Of a stretch of 64,000 nucleotides of DNA, positions 1-12,079 are shown in pieces (the stretch's first letter is position 1; every line of letters begins with the position of its first letter). The DNA is taken from NCBI GenBank assembly GCA_951406725.2, contig OX597817.1, positions 103,726,001 to 103,790,000 of the forward strand. Reading direction: 5' to 3'. Made by a program: the position numbers and the translations under genes. The DNA comes from Octopus vulgaris. Its lineage: Eukaryota. The notes below the pieces were generated by a model, which was given only the letters and a program-made list of their open reading frames with translations, searched no databases and was not told the DNA's origin.

Positions 1-935
1 TAGGTCTTCCGCATTTTTTTTTACTGTCGGTTTCGATGTTGTTGACGAGTGTACTTGAGCTTGTGTTAGAATACTTTTTATTGACTTGGGTTGTCTTTTG
101 CTCTTTATGATGGTGTGTGTTTGGAGGATTTAATTGATTTTATGGTCCCTTTTTAGTAAAGGAATGTACTGGAGAATGGTGTCGAAGGCCTCATTGTTTA
201 GAGGTTTGTCTGTGAATATGCATGGTAGGGCTTTTGGTTGTAATTCATTCTTTAATTTGGGATGTCTGAGTTTGTGGATGTTGAGTTGTAGGGCACGTTG
301 AAAACCTATATCAATTAGTGATGTTGAGTAATTCCTGCTGATGAGTGTATCCTCTAGCTCGTGTAGTCGTGTGTCCCTGGTGCTTGTATCAGATACTATA
401 GTGCAAATCCTTTTTGTCAGGTTGAAAGGGATATTCATTGTAGTGTATCTGGGGTGGCATGAGTTGAACGATAGATATTGCTTAGAGTCTGTGGGCTTCT
501 AGTATATCTGTTTCTAATTTGCTGCTTGATTTCTTAATGAAGATGTCAAGAAATAGAAGTTGTAGATGGTTTTATTCCATCGTGCATTGAATGTTTATGT
601 TAAGTCCATTTAGAAGTGCCTGAAATTCTTTAAGAATCTCTATACTTTCATGCCAAAGAATTAAGCAGTCATCTGGATATCTCTTCCAGTTATTTTCTAT
701 GTAAAGGGAGAATGAGTTTTCGTATTTTTCTAGTACCTTTCAGTAAAGAGTGATTTCTAGGTACCCCCTGACTAGGTTAGCAAAGGATGGGGCCCATTCT
801 TGTACCCATCGCAGTCTCCGATTTTTGTCGATGGAAGTTGTCATTTAATACGAAGAAGTTATTTTCCGAGATGGATTTTAGCCCTTCGATTACGAATTCT
901 TTGTTGATGCAGTGTGGGAGTTCATTGGAGTTACG
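1..935 (-). mobile_element. Penelope-like element fragment (RT core and thumb), degenerate
   Basis: Minus-strand frames give ENNFFVLNDNFHRQKSETAMGTRMGP, WKRYPDDC (decayed YxDD) and NIPFNLTKRICTIVSD...RLHEL; stops and frameshifts present. Same family as 47440-48110 and 50480-51010. Confidence 0.85.
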
Positions 936-984
936 TGCGTGTATGTGCTTACAAATGTATATAGCGATGTAAGAATGCGTATTG

Positions 985-1043
<59 letters not shown>

Positions 1044-1480
1044 ATTATATATATATATAGATTACATACACACTGCCTACAATACTTTTATATCTGACTC
1101 ATTGTCATGATCCACATGTATCAGATTCTTGTTCTATCATCGTTGAATCCAATGTTTTTTCACAGATTACTGCCATATATTGAACAATCAATATCTATTC
1201 TTGCTTATTCAGTTTATACAGAAATATAAAAAAAAACTTTGTAACTATCACAACTACAATTCTCTCTCTCTCATTTGTTTTATAACGTTTTCCTTATGGA
1301 GTAGGCTTGTAACCTTGCTTCTATCTCATGAACATTCCTGATATTAAATCTATTCTTGTTGGAAGTAGATTCAAGCTGAAAATATCTGTAGCACATTTAT
1401 TTATATCGTTCAACTTTTTTTTCATTCAGAACTATAATGGCACTCAGCACTTAATTCAAGTTTCCTCTAATGTCTGTCAC

Positions 1481-1525
<45 letters not shown>

Positions 1526-1603
1526 GAGGGAAAGAGAGTGAGAGAAATATATACACAACTCCAAACATACGTGCATATATTTATAAATTTATACACACAT
1601 ATA

Positions 1604-2360
1604 CAGGGTGCGATGAATAAAGTGTCGTCTAAACTATGCAAAAATGAAAATAACACTGACAACCCATTTTAACAAATATATTTACCAAAATTTCATTAAA
1701 ATATCTTGAAATACTAAAGAGTAAATTTATTCAATGAAATCGCCATCGGCTTCTCTTGCAATTCTTTTGGACGGTCTTGTTTAAGTTGGTGAATGCTGCC
1801 ATAATCCTTGCCTTCAGTTTATCTTTGGTGTTACAAGGAGTTTTGTAGATCTCTCGCTCAACTGCACCCCACACATGATAATCAAGGGGTTGCAGTCTGG
1901 GGAGTGAGGTGGCCAGATGTTAGGTGTGATGTGGTCGAAGAAATAGTCTGACAGCCATGACTGGGTTCTCCTGTTTGTGTGGCATGGTGCAGAGTCCTGT
2001 TGCCAGACATAGGGTCTTCCAGCAGCCACCCTCTTGACCCAGGGCAGCATTACCTCCTCCAGGCACTGATGTAGGCCTCCGTGTTGAGTCTGAGGCCGTG
2101 TGAGAAGATGAATGGAGGCATAATGTCGCCATCACTAGTGATCACTCCAAACACCATGATATTGACTGGATGATTGCTTTTTATCACTTTCGGTACATGT
2201 CCTCAGATTGACCCAAACACTCTAGAATGTTCGAATTAGAGCTTCCAGTGCGAATGCCAAGCAATACAGCATGCAGTTTCCAAACTTTTGGCTGAGTGAA
2301 TTGCGTCATGGTGCTGGTTTTTCTTTTAAAAAAAGTGCCAAACTGACCCTACCATACTGT
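1604..2360 (-). mobile_element. mariner/maT-type (DDxD) DNA transposon remnant, internally deleted, one TIR
   Basis: TA|CAGGGTGCGATG terminus at 1604; minus-strand MVFGVITSDGDIMPPFIF and YVWQQDSAPCH...WPPHSPDCNPL; no matching second TIR seen. Confidence 0.8.
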
Positions 2361-2384
2361 ATAGCCGTATGTGTGTGTGTGCAC

Positions 2385-2830
2385 ATGTGTCTTGACATTG
2401 TGTGATAGCAGTAAATGAACAGCACTATCAAACAAGCCATGTCATCTATTTCCAAACTTCCCTGTAAACATGTCTGATCATGGTGAAATATTACCTCACT
2501 AGGAAACAAGTGAGTGTTGGTAACAGAAAAAACATCCGTGCATTGGAAATCTGACTCAATGAATTCTACCCAACCCATGCAAGCAGCAAAAAGTGGACAT
2601 TAAAACAAGGATATATATGGTGCTGGTACCATGTAAAAAGCACTGTTGCTGATGCCATGTAAAAAGCACCAAGTAGACTCCTGTAAAGTGGTTAGTGTTA
2701 GGAAGGGCATCCAGCTGTAGAAACCAAACCAAAAACAGACTATGGAACCTGATGCAACCCCCTTGGCCATGCCAGTTTATGTCAAGCTGTCCAACCCATG
2801 GAAATATTAAATGATGATGATGATGATGAT
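2385..2830 (+). mobile_element. Two tandem SINE/RTE-tail-type repeat fragments ending in (GAT)n
   Basis: Shared ggaagggcatccagctgtagaa...ccaacccatg segment and a tgatgatgat tail; a related minus-strand copy is at 52916-53120. Confidence 0.6.
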
Positions 2831-2861
2831 ATATATATATGGATGTATGTATATGTATAAT

Positions 2862-3525
2862 GAAGGCACATGGATCAGTGGTTAGAGCAGTTTTTCTCAA
2901 CATTTTTATCCTTGTATAACCCTTAAAACAAATTACATGTCTCAAGGAACCCCTGCACAAAAATTATACACCATATCTTTCTCATATTTTTTCCATCATA
3001 GTTCATGTGGTAAATATCATATATATATGTTGTATTTTTTTGATAACATAATAGGTTAGATAGGATGATGTCCATATTTCAATAACCAAAATTTTGTGCT
3101 TCTATAGTAATATTTTGATCATGAAATTAGCATTAGCTTTTCTCATGCTTTCTCATGGATCCCCTAGGAATCTTTTTTGGAACCTTTGGATTCCAGGAAA
3201 CCTCTGTTGGAAAACACTGGATAAAAGTGTTGGGCTCACAATCATGAGGTAGTGAATTCAATTCCTGTACCAGGCTGTGTGTTGTGTTCTTGAGCAAGAC
3301 ACTCTATTTCATGTTGCTCCAGTTCACTCAGCTGTAGTGGTACCAAGCTGTATCAGCCATTGCCTTTCCCTTGGATAACATCGGTGGCATGGAGAGGAGA
3401 AGCTGGTATGCTTGGACAACAGCTGGTCTTCCATAAACGACCTTGCCTGGACTTGTACCTTGGAGGGGAACTTTCTAGGTGTAATCCCATGATCATTCAT
3501 GACTAAAGGGGGTTTTATCCTTTTA
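2862..3525 (+). mobile_element. tRNA-head SINE interrupted by a hAT MITE
   Basis: A-box-like tggatcagtggttagag (2871-2887) resumes after the MITE as tgttgggctcacaatcatgaggtagtgaattcaattcc (B-box-like), followed by ttcttgagcaagacact. Confidence 0.7.
2888..3219. mobile_element. Non-autonomous hAT (Charlie-like) MITE
   Basis: Termini CAGTTTTTCTCAAC ... GTTGGAAAACACTG form an imperfect TIR; decayed 8-bp TSD ggttagag/gataaaag. Confidence 0.7.
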
Positions 3526-4242
3526 TGCATATGTATACATACCTTTGTGAATGTGTGTTTATTTATGTGTCAGCATGAATATTCAAATGCAGAGTAATTT
3601 TTAGCAAAAGCAAGAAGCCACGAATTTTAGATAGAGAAAGTAGATGTTAATATCAACTCCATATTGTTTTAAGGCATAGTTTCTTCTAGCATTACATAAA
3701 GAGATATAACAAAATTCCAGAAGGCACCTTCTTTAAATCCCAAATGATTCTGCAAATCCACTAGATGTGTACAGACATGTATTATAGATATTAATTAAGA
3801 AAGTAATTGTGAAATAATTGTGTATGAATATGGTATATCTTTACTATTAATCTTGAGTTCAAACAATATTTATTTCATTGTGTTTCTGGCAGTACACATA
3901 ACCATCAGAGATAGGTACCAGATCTTTTGAGAAAAACTGAATTAATCATTGATGTATATGTCTGATCATAAAAAATATTATTTATTTCATCAGTATAGGA
4001 AATTAAATATTTATGTTATGCTATTTTAGACACATGAATGTATATAGAGATACCAATTTCATTCAGAGAATGGTATTAATATTTTTTCACCCATAATTTA
4101 TTTTTATTTTTCTCGTATTTAGTCACCTTCAAGCTCACAACCCCACCCTACATTGTTTTCCTTTCCTCATATTTCCTGGTATGTTTCTAAATTTTCATTG
4201 AAAAGAAATAATTTTCTTCATAAGTTTCTATATATTTTATCT

Positions 4243-4620
4243 TCTACCTTTTACTTGTTTCAATTGTTAGACTGCATCCATGCTGAGAGCACTGCCTTGA
4301 ATTTTTAGTTGAATGTCTTGAACCGAGAACTTTTTTTTTTCTTAAAGCTTGGTAATTATTTAATTGGTCTCTTTTGCTGAACAACTAAATTATGGGGATA
4401 TAAACACACGACCACTGGTCATCAAGTAGCTGTGTGGGTAGGGACAAACACAGACACAAAGACACACATAGATATACGTATGACAAGCTTCTTTCACTTT
4501 CCATCTGCCAAATCCACTCACAAGGCTTTGGTCAGCCTGAAGTTATAGAAGACCTTTGCCCAAGGTGCCATGCAATGTGACTGAGAAACAAGCTTCTTAC
4601 CACACAGCCATGCCTGTGCT
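4243..4620 (-). mobile_element. Octopus OK/OR-type tRNA SINE, diverged
   Basis: Aligns by eye with 14824-15255 (ttttacttgtttca...ccaaatccactcacaaggctttggtc...cttaccacacagcca). Confidence 0.75.
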
Positions 4621-6996
4621 TAAATAAAGTGAGGATTTCATCCCTTGTATATAACCGATACTTATCATATTTATTCCAGTGGAGTAAGACACATTATCAA
4701 TCCTAAATAGTAGGAAAGAGCTGCATGAATATATGTGCCAAATGGGCAAAAAACACAAAATCCTTTTTTCTTAAGGGTAATTTTTATACTTATTTTCACT
4801 TTAAGTACAAAGACTATAATTGTTCATCTCTCACAATAAAATTTACAATCTCATCATCAAAAAGTGCCATAAAATATTCACTTTGCTTTGCATTCAGCAT
4901 AAATTCATTTGAGATTCCTACATTGTGCTAATGTATTTCAATTGATGATGTTTGCTGTCCTCAAATGAAGCAACAATTGATGATGTCTGCCATTTAAGGG
5001 TTAATATTAAATATTTGATATTTAAGCCCACAAAGTTAATATTTAAACCCACAAAGGAATGCAGCTAAAGGATACAAAGAATTTAGTCTGGTTCTACTAT
5101 CTGGGATGAGCCTTCACACCCTTGCAGGTTTCAGGCACTACCATTTAATCTCATTCACAATCCTTGTTTCTGTAAAATAATATCTGTTGAAATAAGGTAG
5201 CTGTTGAAATAAGGTTTCTTAATAGTCAGTTGTTCCCAACCTTTTCTATTCATCAGATCACTAGGAAATTAACCTTCTTGCATCTACAAAATTAATATCA
5301 CATTTGAAGATGAAAAAGTTAATCTTTTAATAACTAGTTAATTTCCTTTAACTTAAACACTCAGTACTTTGGAATAACAAAGTTCTTTGCATACTGTAGA
5401 GAAAAAAAATTATCTTTAAGAATTACTTCATAATTTTATTCTTAAAGGTGATTTTGATAAATAATATATCCCCACTTTGTTACACAAGCTGGAAACCATT
5501 TTGTGCCCTACCAGAGGGTGCAGGCATACCACATTAGGATCCTTCATTCCATGTAGGACACTGCACAAAACCATAGTATGGCAAGTGCTACTGTTGAGGA
5601 AGATTTCATCTAATAAAATCTACAACTATGGAAATCTACAACTATAAGGTCAGCCTTTGACCAAAATATGACTTCTTTACTTTAAAAGACTCAAATCTTG
5701 CACCTGGAAAGTGAGAAAAATGTTTGCAACAACTCTTTAGTTGATTTCATTCTCAAATTTACAACTAAAAGTTGCAAGTTCATCTCTTTAAAACTATTGT
5801 TACTTCAACACTTCCACACAAACCTTTAGTTTAGCACAATTTTCCTTTAAAAATATAAGACCCCTTCAAATAACTCTCAACTACATCACTTGTTTCTAAT
5901 TTGTACGCTTCCTTCCAAAATCATCCTAAAATACTGAACTTGAGTCATGTTTAAAATTTAACAAAATAATAAAGATCAATATATAAAAAAACCAAAATTT
6001 TCTGTTATATTAACTATTCCTATTCATATATCTCTTCAGACTTACCCATCCATACCCAACTTCTTGATCATTCTTCAATGATTTCAAATAGGGTTTTAAA
6101 ATCTCAACTTCTACAGGTCCAGTCATATTAACTTGGACAATTCTCAAACGGAGAATATTTCTATCTCTGCTTATTTTAATCTTATTCTTTGTAAGACCCA
6201 TCTAACTCTAAAAATGCTGTCTTTAGAAAATTTTAGTCTTTCTAAATAAATAGTTCTTCCACCCTAAGGTTAAATTATGACTGCTTATGTAGGTCAGAAC
6301 ATGGAATGTACAATAGGTTGTAACTTTTATCTTGGTACAATGCTCAACAAATTTTGCTTTGTTTTATGGTGAATATGTATGCTTTGAAGTAAGAGAAGGA
6401 GGAGAACAATGCTGATGAATATTTTACACACTAAATAAATTAGTGATCTTTTATTTAGATGATTATAGCAAATAATTTTTATCTGGCTGGCATTCACTCA
6501 TTGTGAAATTGGTTTTTTTCTTCTATAATTCCAAAGCAAATCAGTGAGGGATTCTTTAACAGCTCATTAAATTTTTTTTTAGAAATTATAAAATGTGTAA
6601 ATATTATAAATGCTCTTCTAATATTTAAAAAGAAATATTGTTAGTAATTCAAAAAAGCTCCATAATTTGGGGAATAAAGATTTCAATAAGTATCATCTTC
6701 TCTTCAACTGGATTATAAATCTATTTTAAGCTTGATGAATGTTGTCAACCAACTCTGCCACAATGTAACTAAATAGATTTGTGCATTTATCTTTTGATTC
6801 TATAGTAAAGATAAAATAAACAAAAAAAAATGGACAATAGGCTTCTTTTTTTCTTATTATATACTGTGGTTATGTATAGGCTTCATATTAAATGATTAAT
6901 ACTTTAAATGATTGCTTTCAAATAGCAACCAATGAATATGACACCAAGTTGGGATATATGCAAATGGCAGTTTTCATTTTAGAATAAAAGCAGTGT

Positions 6997-7317
6997 TTAA
7001 TCTTCTGTGTTTTCTTCTACGTTTTCTTCTAATTTTTCTTCAGCCAAAGTTAGTTTTTGCTCAATACCAAATCGACATCGACACTCTCCTGTATTGACAA
7101 AGATGGAACTAACTCCGTCACATGTGAAACCTTTCTCTGCAGTGAAGACTTGAGTGACAGGAATTGTCATGGTTTTCATCTCAGATTGATCCTTCTTGTT
7201 TCGCAATGTGACATGTATCAAGCCTTGAAAGCTAGTTTCACTGGTAAATGAGCCAATGTATTCTTCTTCCCGAATCACAAGATTTGCAGAGGTTTTATAA
7301 CCAGGTTGAACTGAAAC
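6997..7317 (-). CDS. Coding exon 3 (106 aa + stop) of the pore-forming protein gene
   Basis: Pyrimidine tract cttctttcttctctgtatcaaaag| (AG at 7319-7318), phase 0; VSVQPGYKTSANLVIREEEYIGSF...TGECRCRFGIEQKLTL...ENTED*. Joined to exon 2 it gives WAVDSQ|VSVQPG, matching the W-x-V-D-S-x-I/V-x-V-P-P segment I recall from ETX/MTX2-like invertebrate proteins. Confidence 0.85.
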   Translation of the reverse strand, partial: VSVQPGYKTSANLVIREEEYIGSFTSETSFQGLIHVTLRNKKDQSEMKTMTIPVTQVFTAEKGFTCDGVSSIFVNTGECRCRFGIEQKLTLAEEKLEENVEENTED

Positions 7318-8444
7318 CTTTTGATACAGAGAAGAAAGAAGTTGTTGAAACATTATGGTCAGTCATTGAATAAATTTGAAAGCAAAGAAATGTTTAATAG
7401 ATAATCAGATTTTAAACCTTGTTAATGAATCTAATAAATGTATTTATAGCTTTTTGTTAATTTGAAAATAAGAAATCTGATTGAACACTAAATACATAAA
7501 GAAAAGTTAGTTGCATGTAAAATATTAGTAAAAGGAAATGAAGATATACAAAAATCATGGAGATATATCAGGTTTTAATTTACTTATGTTTTAGGTATTT
7601 TCATTATCAACCTTACAATATTAAATTTCATTCTACTGTTCAATATTGCTGTCATTTTGCCTCAGTCAGCTCTGAGTCATAATTAATTGGTTGAATCACT
7701 AAATGTGATGATCTTCAGACTGATTATTCCTAATATTTCAAGCTCCTTTGACTATATACCCTTGCACTTTGATAAATAGTGGTTTATTGTATGAAGTTTG
7801 TCACGTAATATTCCAAACATATTTTCTACTACCCAAAATATTTTTGAATGCTAGTTGTTTAACCCCAGGAACAGACTTATAAACAAAGGCATTTCAGCCA
7901 TAACCATCCTACCCGTCTCTCAAGCATTATATTATCCACTTGACCCACTCTTTTTAAGGTAACAAGGTATAATTAGAGGGATATTTGGCTGTTGCATCTT
8001 GCAAGTCTAGCAACTGTGTAGAGATTTATTTGTTCATTTATTGTATGTCAAAAGATTCTAAGTAGTGACCATTGTAAAAATAGGGTATGGTAACTAAAGC
8101 ACAACAGTTGCTTTTCTTCTTCACTTATCACTAGTTAAATGGACCACAGCATTGTGTTTGGAGCTAATGAGCTTATCAATGCTTTTTTTTTATTTGTTTG
8201 TTTTTTTTATGTAGCCTGTTTATATTCTGTTAGATTTTATGTTAGACTGTTTTACTAAATAGGATGGTTAGTATTTACTTTTAGAATGATATAATAATGT
8301 TCTAGGATGCTGTAGATCTGTCCAAGCATTTTGGCATTACCGCACAAAAACTGAGCAATTTGTTTTGTATTTCAGTGTAATTTTTAGGGATTTGTAGTGG
8401 AAAAGTTTGAAGTCTGGACAGGGCTGGCATATAACAGATCTAAA

Positions 8445-8660
8445 TATTCTTTTCTATTCTAGGCACAAAACCCAAAATTTTTGGGGCGGGAGCCAGTTGA
8501 TTAGATCAACCCCAGTATGCAACTGGTACTAAATTAATCGACCCCAAAAGGATCAAAGGCAAAGTTGACCTCAGCAGAATTTGAACTCAGAAAGTAAAGA
8601 CAGATGAAATACTGCTAAGCATTTTGTCCCGCATGCTAACGTTTCTGCCAGCTCACTGCA
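8445..8660 (-). mobile_element. Nin/Deu-domain SINE
   Basis: Reverse complement of ctgagttcaaatt...gaggtcaactttgcctt...ggggtcgat...agtaccagtt; homologous to 11522-11736, 48747-48972 and 52778-52906. Confidence 0.75.
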
Positions 8661-9939
8661 AATGTGATACATGTAACTGTTCTAAGTGACATGTATTTTT
8701 TTCTTTTTACTTCTTTAACTATTTCTTCTATGAGGGATGAGAAACTTGTAGTGTTTTTCTGTGTGTGTGTGTGATCTTTATGTTGTTGAATGTAGTGTTT
8801 AGCTGTATTTGGTGTTTGTTGGTATAGTTGATAAAAAGGAAAGAGATAGATTTGGTAGATGTTATTTTTAATCTTTCTAGTTGACACTGTTGGAAAATGG
8901 CTGGTTGAGAATGGTTGTGGTATCATCTGCATGCAAGGTGAATTTACATTTTAAAAAGGTTACTGAATTAGATTTTTTATCTATGTTAAAAGAAGTGCAT
9001 AACAAGATCAGTTTTTGCAGTACATTGAGAAATCATTTTGTTATTCTACACAGAGTTAGGGTCTTAGCTCACTAATCTGTGATTCATGTTGTTTCTTTGA
9101 GTCAGGTTTGCTTTAAATGAGCAAAACCATAATAAAAGCATTCCAAACTGGTTATTTTATCTAGGATTACACAATTTAATGAGTCATCTTTTAATAAGAT
9201 AGACATGATTTAAAGGAATTTACATGCTGTATCCAGCAGGTTAAATAGCTGAGACATCCTTGTTAGTTCATATTGTTTATTTAGATGATTGAAGTTTTGT
9301 TTATAAGTGGATACTGAGGAATGGAGTAAAACGCTGTTGATGTTGATGGTGCTCATAGGGCATTTTGATATTGTTGAAACTAGTATGTATTTTTTCTGAA
9401 CTGCATAAAGATTCAGTAGAATGGCTTGAGTCCATATGTAATATTCCAGTCATTTTGTTTTGCAAACATTATCTTATTTAGAACTACAATATTCAATGTG
9501 CCCTTCTTTCCTTTAAGTGATAGCATATGATTTGAGGGAAATTTGTAGGGTTATATTTAGTTCCCTTGTTGGCTCATGGCATGAACAATTGAAGAATTTA
9601 ATGAATGTAAATAATTCCTTCAGGTGCTAGTTGATTTACCTGTCTATTTAGGATTTTGTCATTCTCTAGAGCTTGACAAAAGTAATATAATCAGACCAAA
9701 GGAGTATAATCAGACTCATCACCCATCTATGAACATTCACAAGCATTTAAAAAATATTCGTCTTCAGTATCACAAACTCTCACATTTCTCTCTCTACTTC
9801 ATCATGTGGTTTCAGATCACTACACTACTCACAAACATTCCACAAAATATACACTATAGTTTCACCCAGCTTCCATCTCCATCATTACCACCACACAGAC
9901 ACACATATGTACAATAATAACAATCATTAAAATACTCTT

Positions 9940-10320
9940 GTACTAGTTTCAATCACTGGACTACTGTCATGCTGAGGCACCAGTTTCAAGGATTTTAATC
10001 AACAGTACTGCCTCCAATTTATTGACTTTTATTGATTGACAATAATCATGCTTTTTACACAAAATACCATTTTTTTTGTTACCTAAAAAAATGCAATATA
10101 CACCAGTAGACATAAACCCAGATACAATGATAAGCACAGAAATATATACACACATCCACATGTGTACAAGCATGCACATATGCTCTCACATGATAGGGGT
10201 CCATATAGTTTTGTTTACCAAAGCTTTAATCTGTCTGAGGCTATAATAGAAGGCACCAGCTTGAGCTTCCATGTAGAGAGATAAAACCAGGAGTCACATG
10301 GCTGCATAGTAACCACTTAA
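9940..10320 (-). mobile_element. Old OK/OR-type SINE copy
   Basis: Decayed tactcttgtactagtttcaatca...catgctgaggcacc tail end and ccaggagtcacatggctg head end. Confidence 0.45.
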
Positions 10321-11521
10321 TTATGGTTGTAGGGAGCTAAGCACTTAGTCCTATCTACTTCTATTCACATATGTAGAAAATACTTAAACAAATTTTAAAA
10401 ATGGCACAAAGCATTGAGTCAATGAGGGAGTAAGCAAAAATAATAAGGGTTATAGAAGAACATTTCTAAAATATTCACTGAGTGTGTAGAAGATATAGTA
10501 AAGAAAGCAAAAACATAGCACCAGCATACTTAGAAATTGTGAACTAACAAGAGAGTTTATACAATGCCATTTGACCTGCTAGATATAGAATGCAAATTCT
10601 CCACCAAATCACACACAATTGACTTAAAGAAACATTGGATAATGTGGATGATATAGCAATAGTAAAGATGTTCACAGGTTGGACGTCTTTGATCATAGAT
10701 CTGCATTAGCAGAGCTGAGCTGTGGTTAAACAACAATAACTCAGAACATATTTGGCCAATACAAAGATACAGCAACATTAGTGTACAGACAGTACATTTT
10801 ATACATCATGGTTTGTACCAGTCCTGCCTGGACTTTACAAATTCTCACAAAATATTTATAAGGAACTACAAAAAAGAGAATAATGAAATTGCATCATCAC
10901 AGGCTACATTAAATAAATAATTACAGACCAACTGAAAACAAAACAAAAATATTAAAAACAAAGGGCCACCAAGGCATAAAAAGAGTATAGCTTATTACAG
11001 TAAGCTACAACCCTGATTGCCCTTAACACTACATATAACCACTTCTTCGGGATATGTGGAGAAGTGGAAGGAAGAATGAATCATTGCTCAGATGTGTAGG
11101 ATAGAAAGCAGCATGAGTAGACTGATGTTCTTATAATACAGTCTGCTTCATGTAACTCGTTCTGTTGTTCAGAACTGGCCTTAGCTTAGTGTTAAAGATG
11201 GCTTCCTTGATTCAAAGGTTGCCTATATTACTTTCGGTGGCACAGACAGATATATGAAAGTCCTGTGTCTGGTACTTCTATAGGTATTTATAGAATAAAG
11301 TATGTGCATATGTTTCTTATGTAACAATGTTCACTCAACTGTTCCATGTATAAACATAAATACTTGCACGTGTGCACATGTGAAAGTGTCATGTGTAAAC
11401 AACTGTCTGTTGTCCTCTTCCCAATGTTTTTACCCATACCATTTTCCTATCTGCCAAATATATTTTGGAGTTTTATAATAAAACAACTTAGAATTTACAC
11501 CTTACAATTATGTTAATAGTA

Positions 11522-11736
11522 TTGATTTCAAATTTTGGTACAAGGCCAGCAATTTCAAGATAGGGGATAAGTTGATTACATCGACCCCAATACTCAAATG
11601 GTACTTATTTTATTGACCTTGAAAGGATGAAAGGCAAAGATGGTCTCAGCGGAATTTGAACTCATAACGTGAAGACAGATGAAATGCCTCTTAGCATTTT
11701 TCCCAGCATGCTAACAATTTTGCCAACTTGCCACCT
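11522..11736 (-). mobile_element. Nin/Deu-domain SINE
   Basis: gaaaggatgaaaggcaaag...cggaatttgaactca...catgctaacaattttgccaacttgccacc. Confidence 0.75.
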
Positions 11737-12079
11737 TAATAATGTTCATGATATTACTATCTTTTCTTGGTGGGGGCGATGAGTTTTGGATCATCGTTGC
11801 CCATACCTGTTTTTATTGGCTTCCCTATATCTTAATTCAAAACACGCAATAGACGATGATGCCTCTGGAACCACTAACCTGGGATAACCACAGCCTTATC
11901 ATACACATACATACATACATATACACATATATAGAAACACACACACACATATATATATATACACACACACATACACACACACACATATACATACACACGC
12001 ACACATATATGCGACAAGAAATAATTTTTGTCTCTTTTTTATGGATGCAAAAGGGTTTATAGGACTGCAAAAACGAAGT

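Noticed and set aside
5227-5545. Possible hAT MITE starting CAGTTGTTCCCAACC
   Set aside because: No convincing right TIR or TSD.
6010-6201. 63-aa minus ORF downstream of the pore-former stop
   Set aside because: No recognisable motif or splice signals; likely 3'UTR or intergenic.
7318-7353. ORF-track N-terminus MFQQLLSSLYQK of the 6997-7353 ORF
   Set aside because: This is the intronic pyrimidine tract and acceptor; the real exon starts at 7317.
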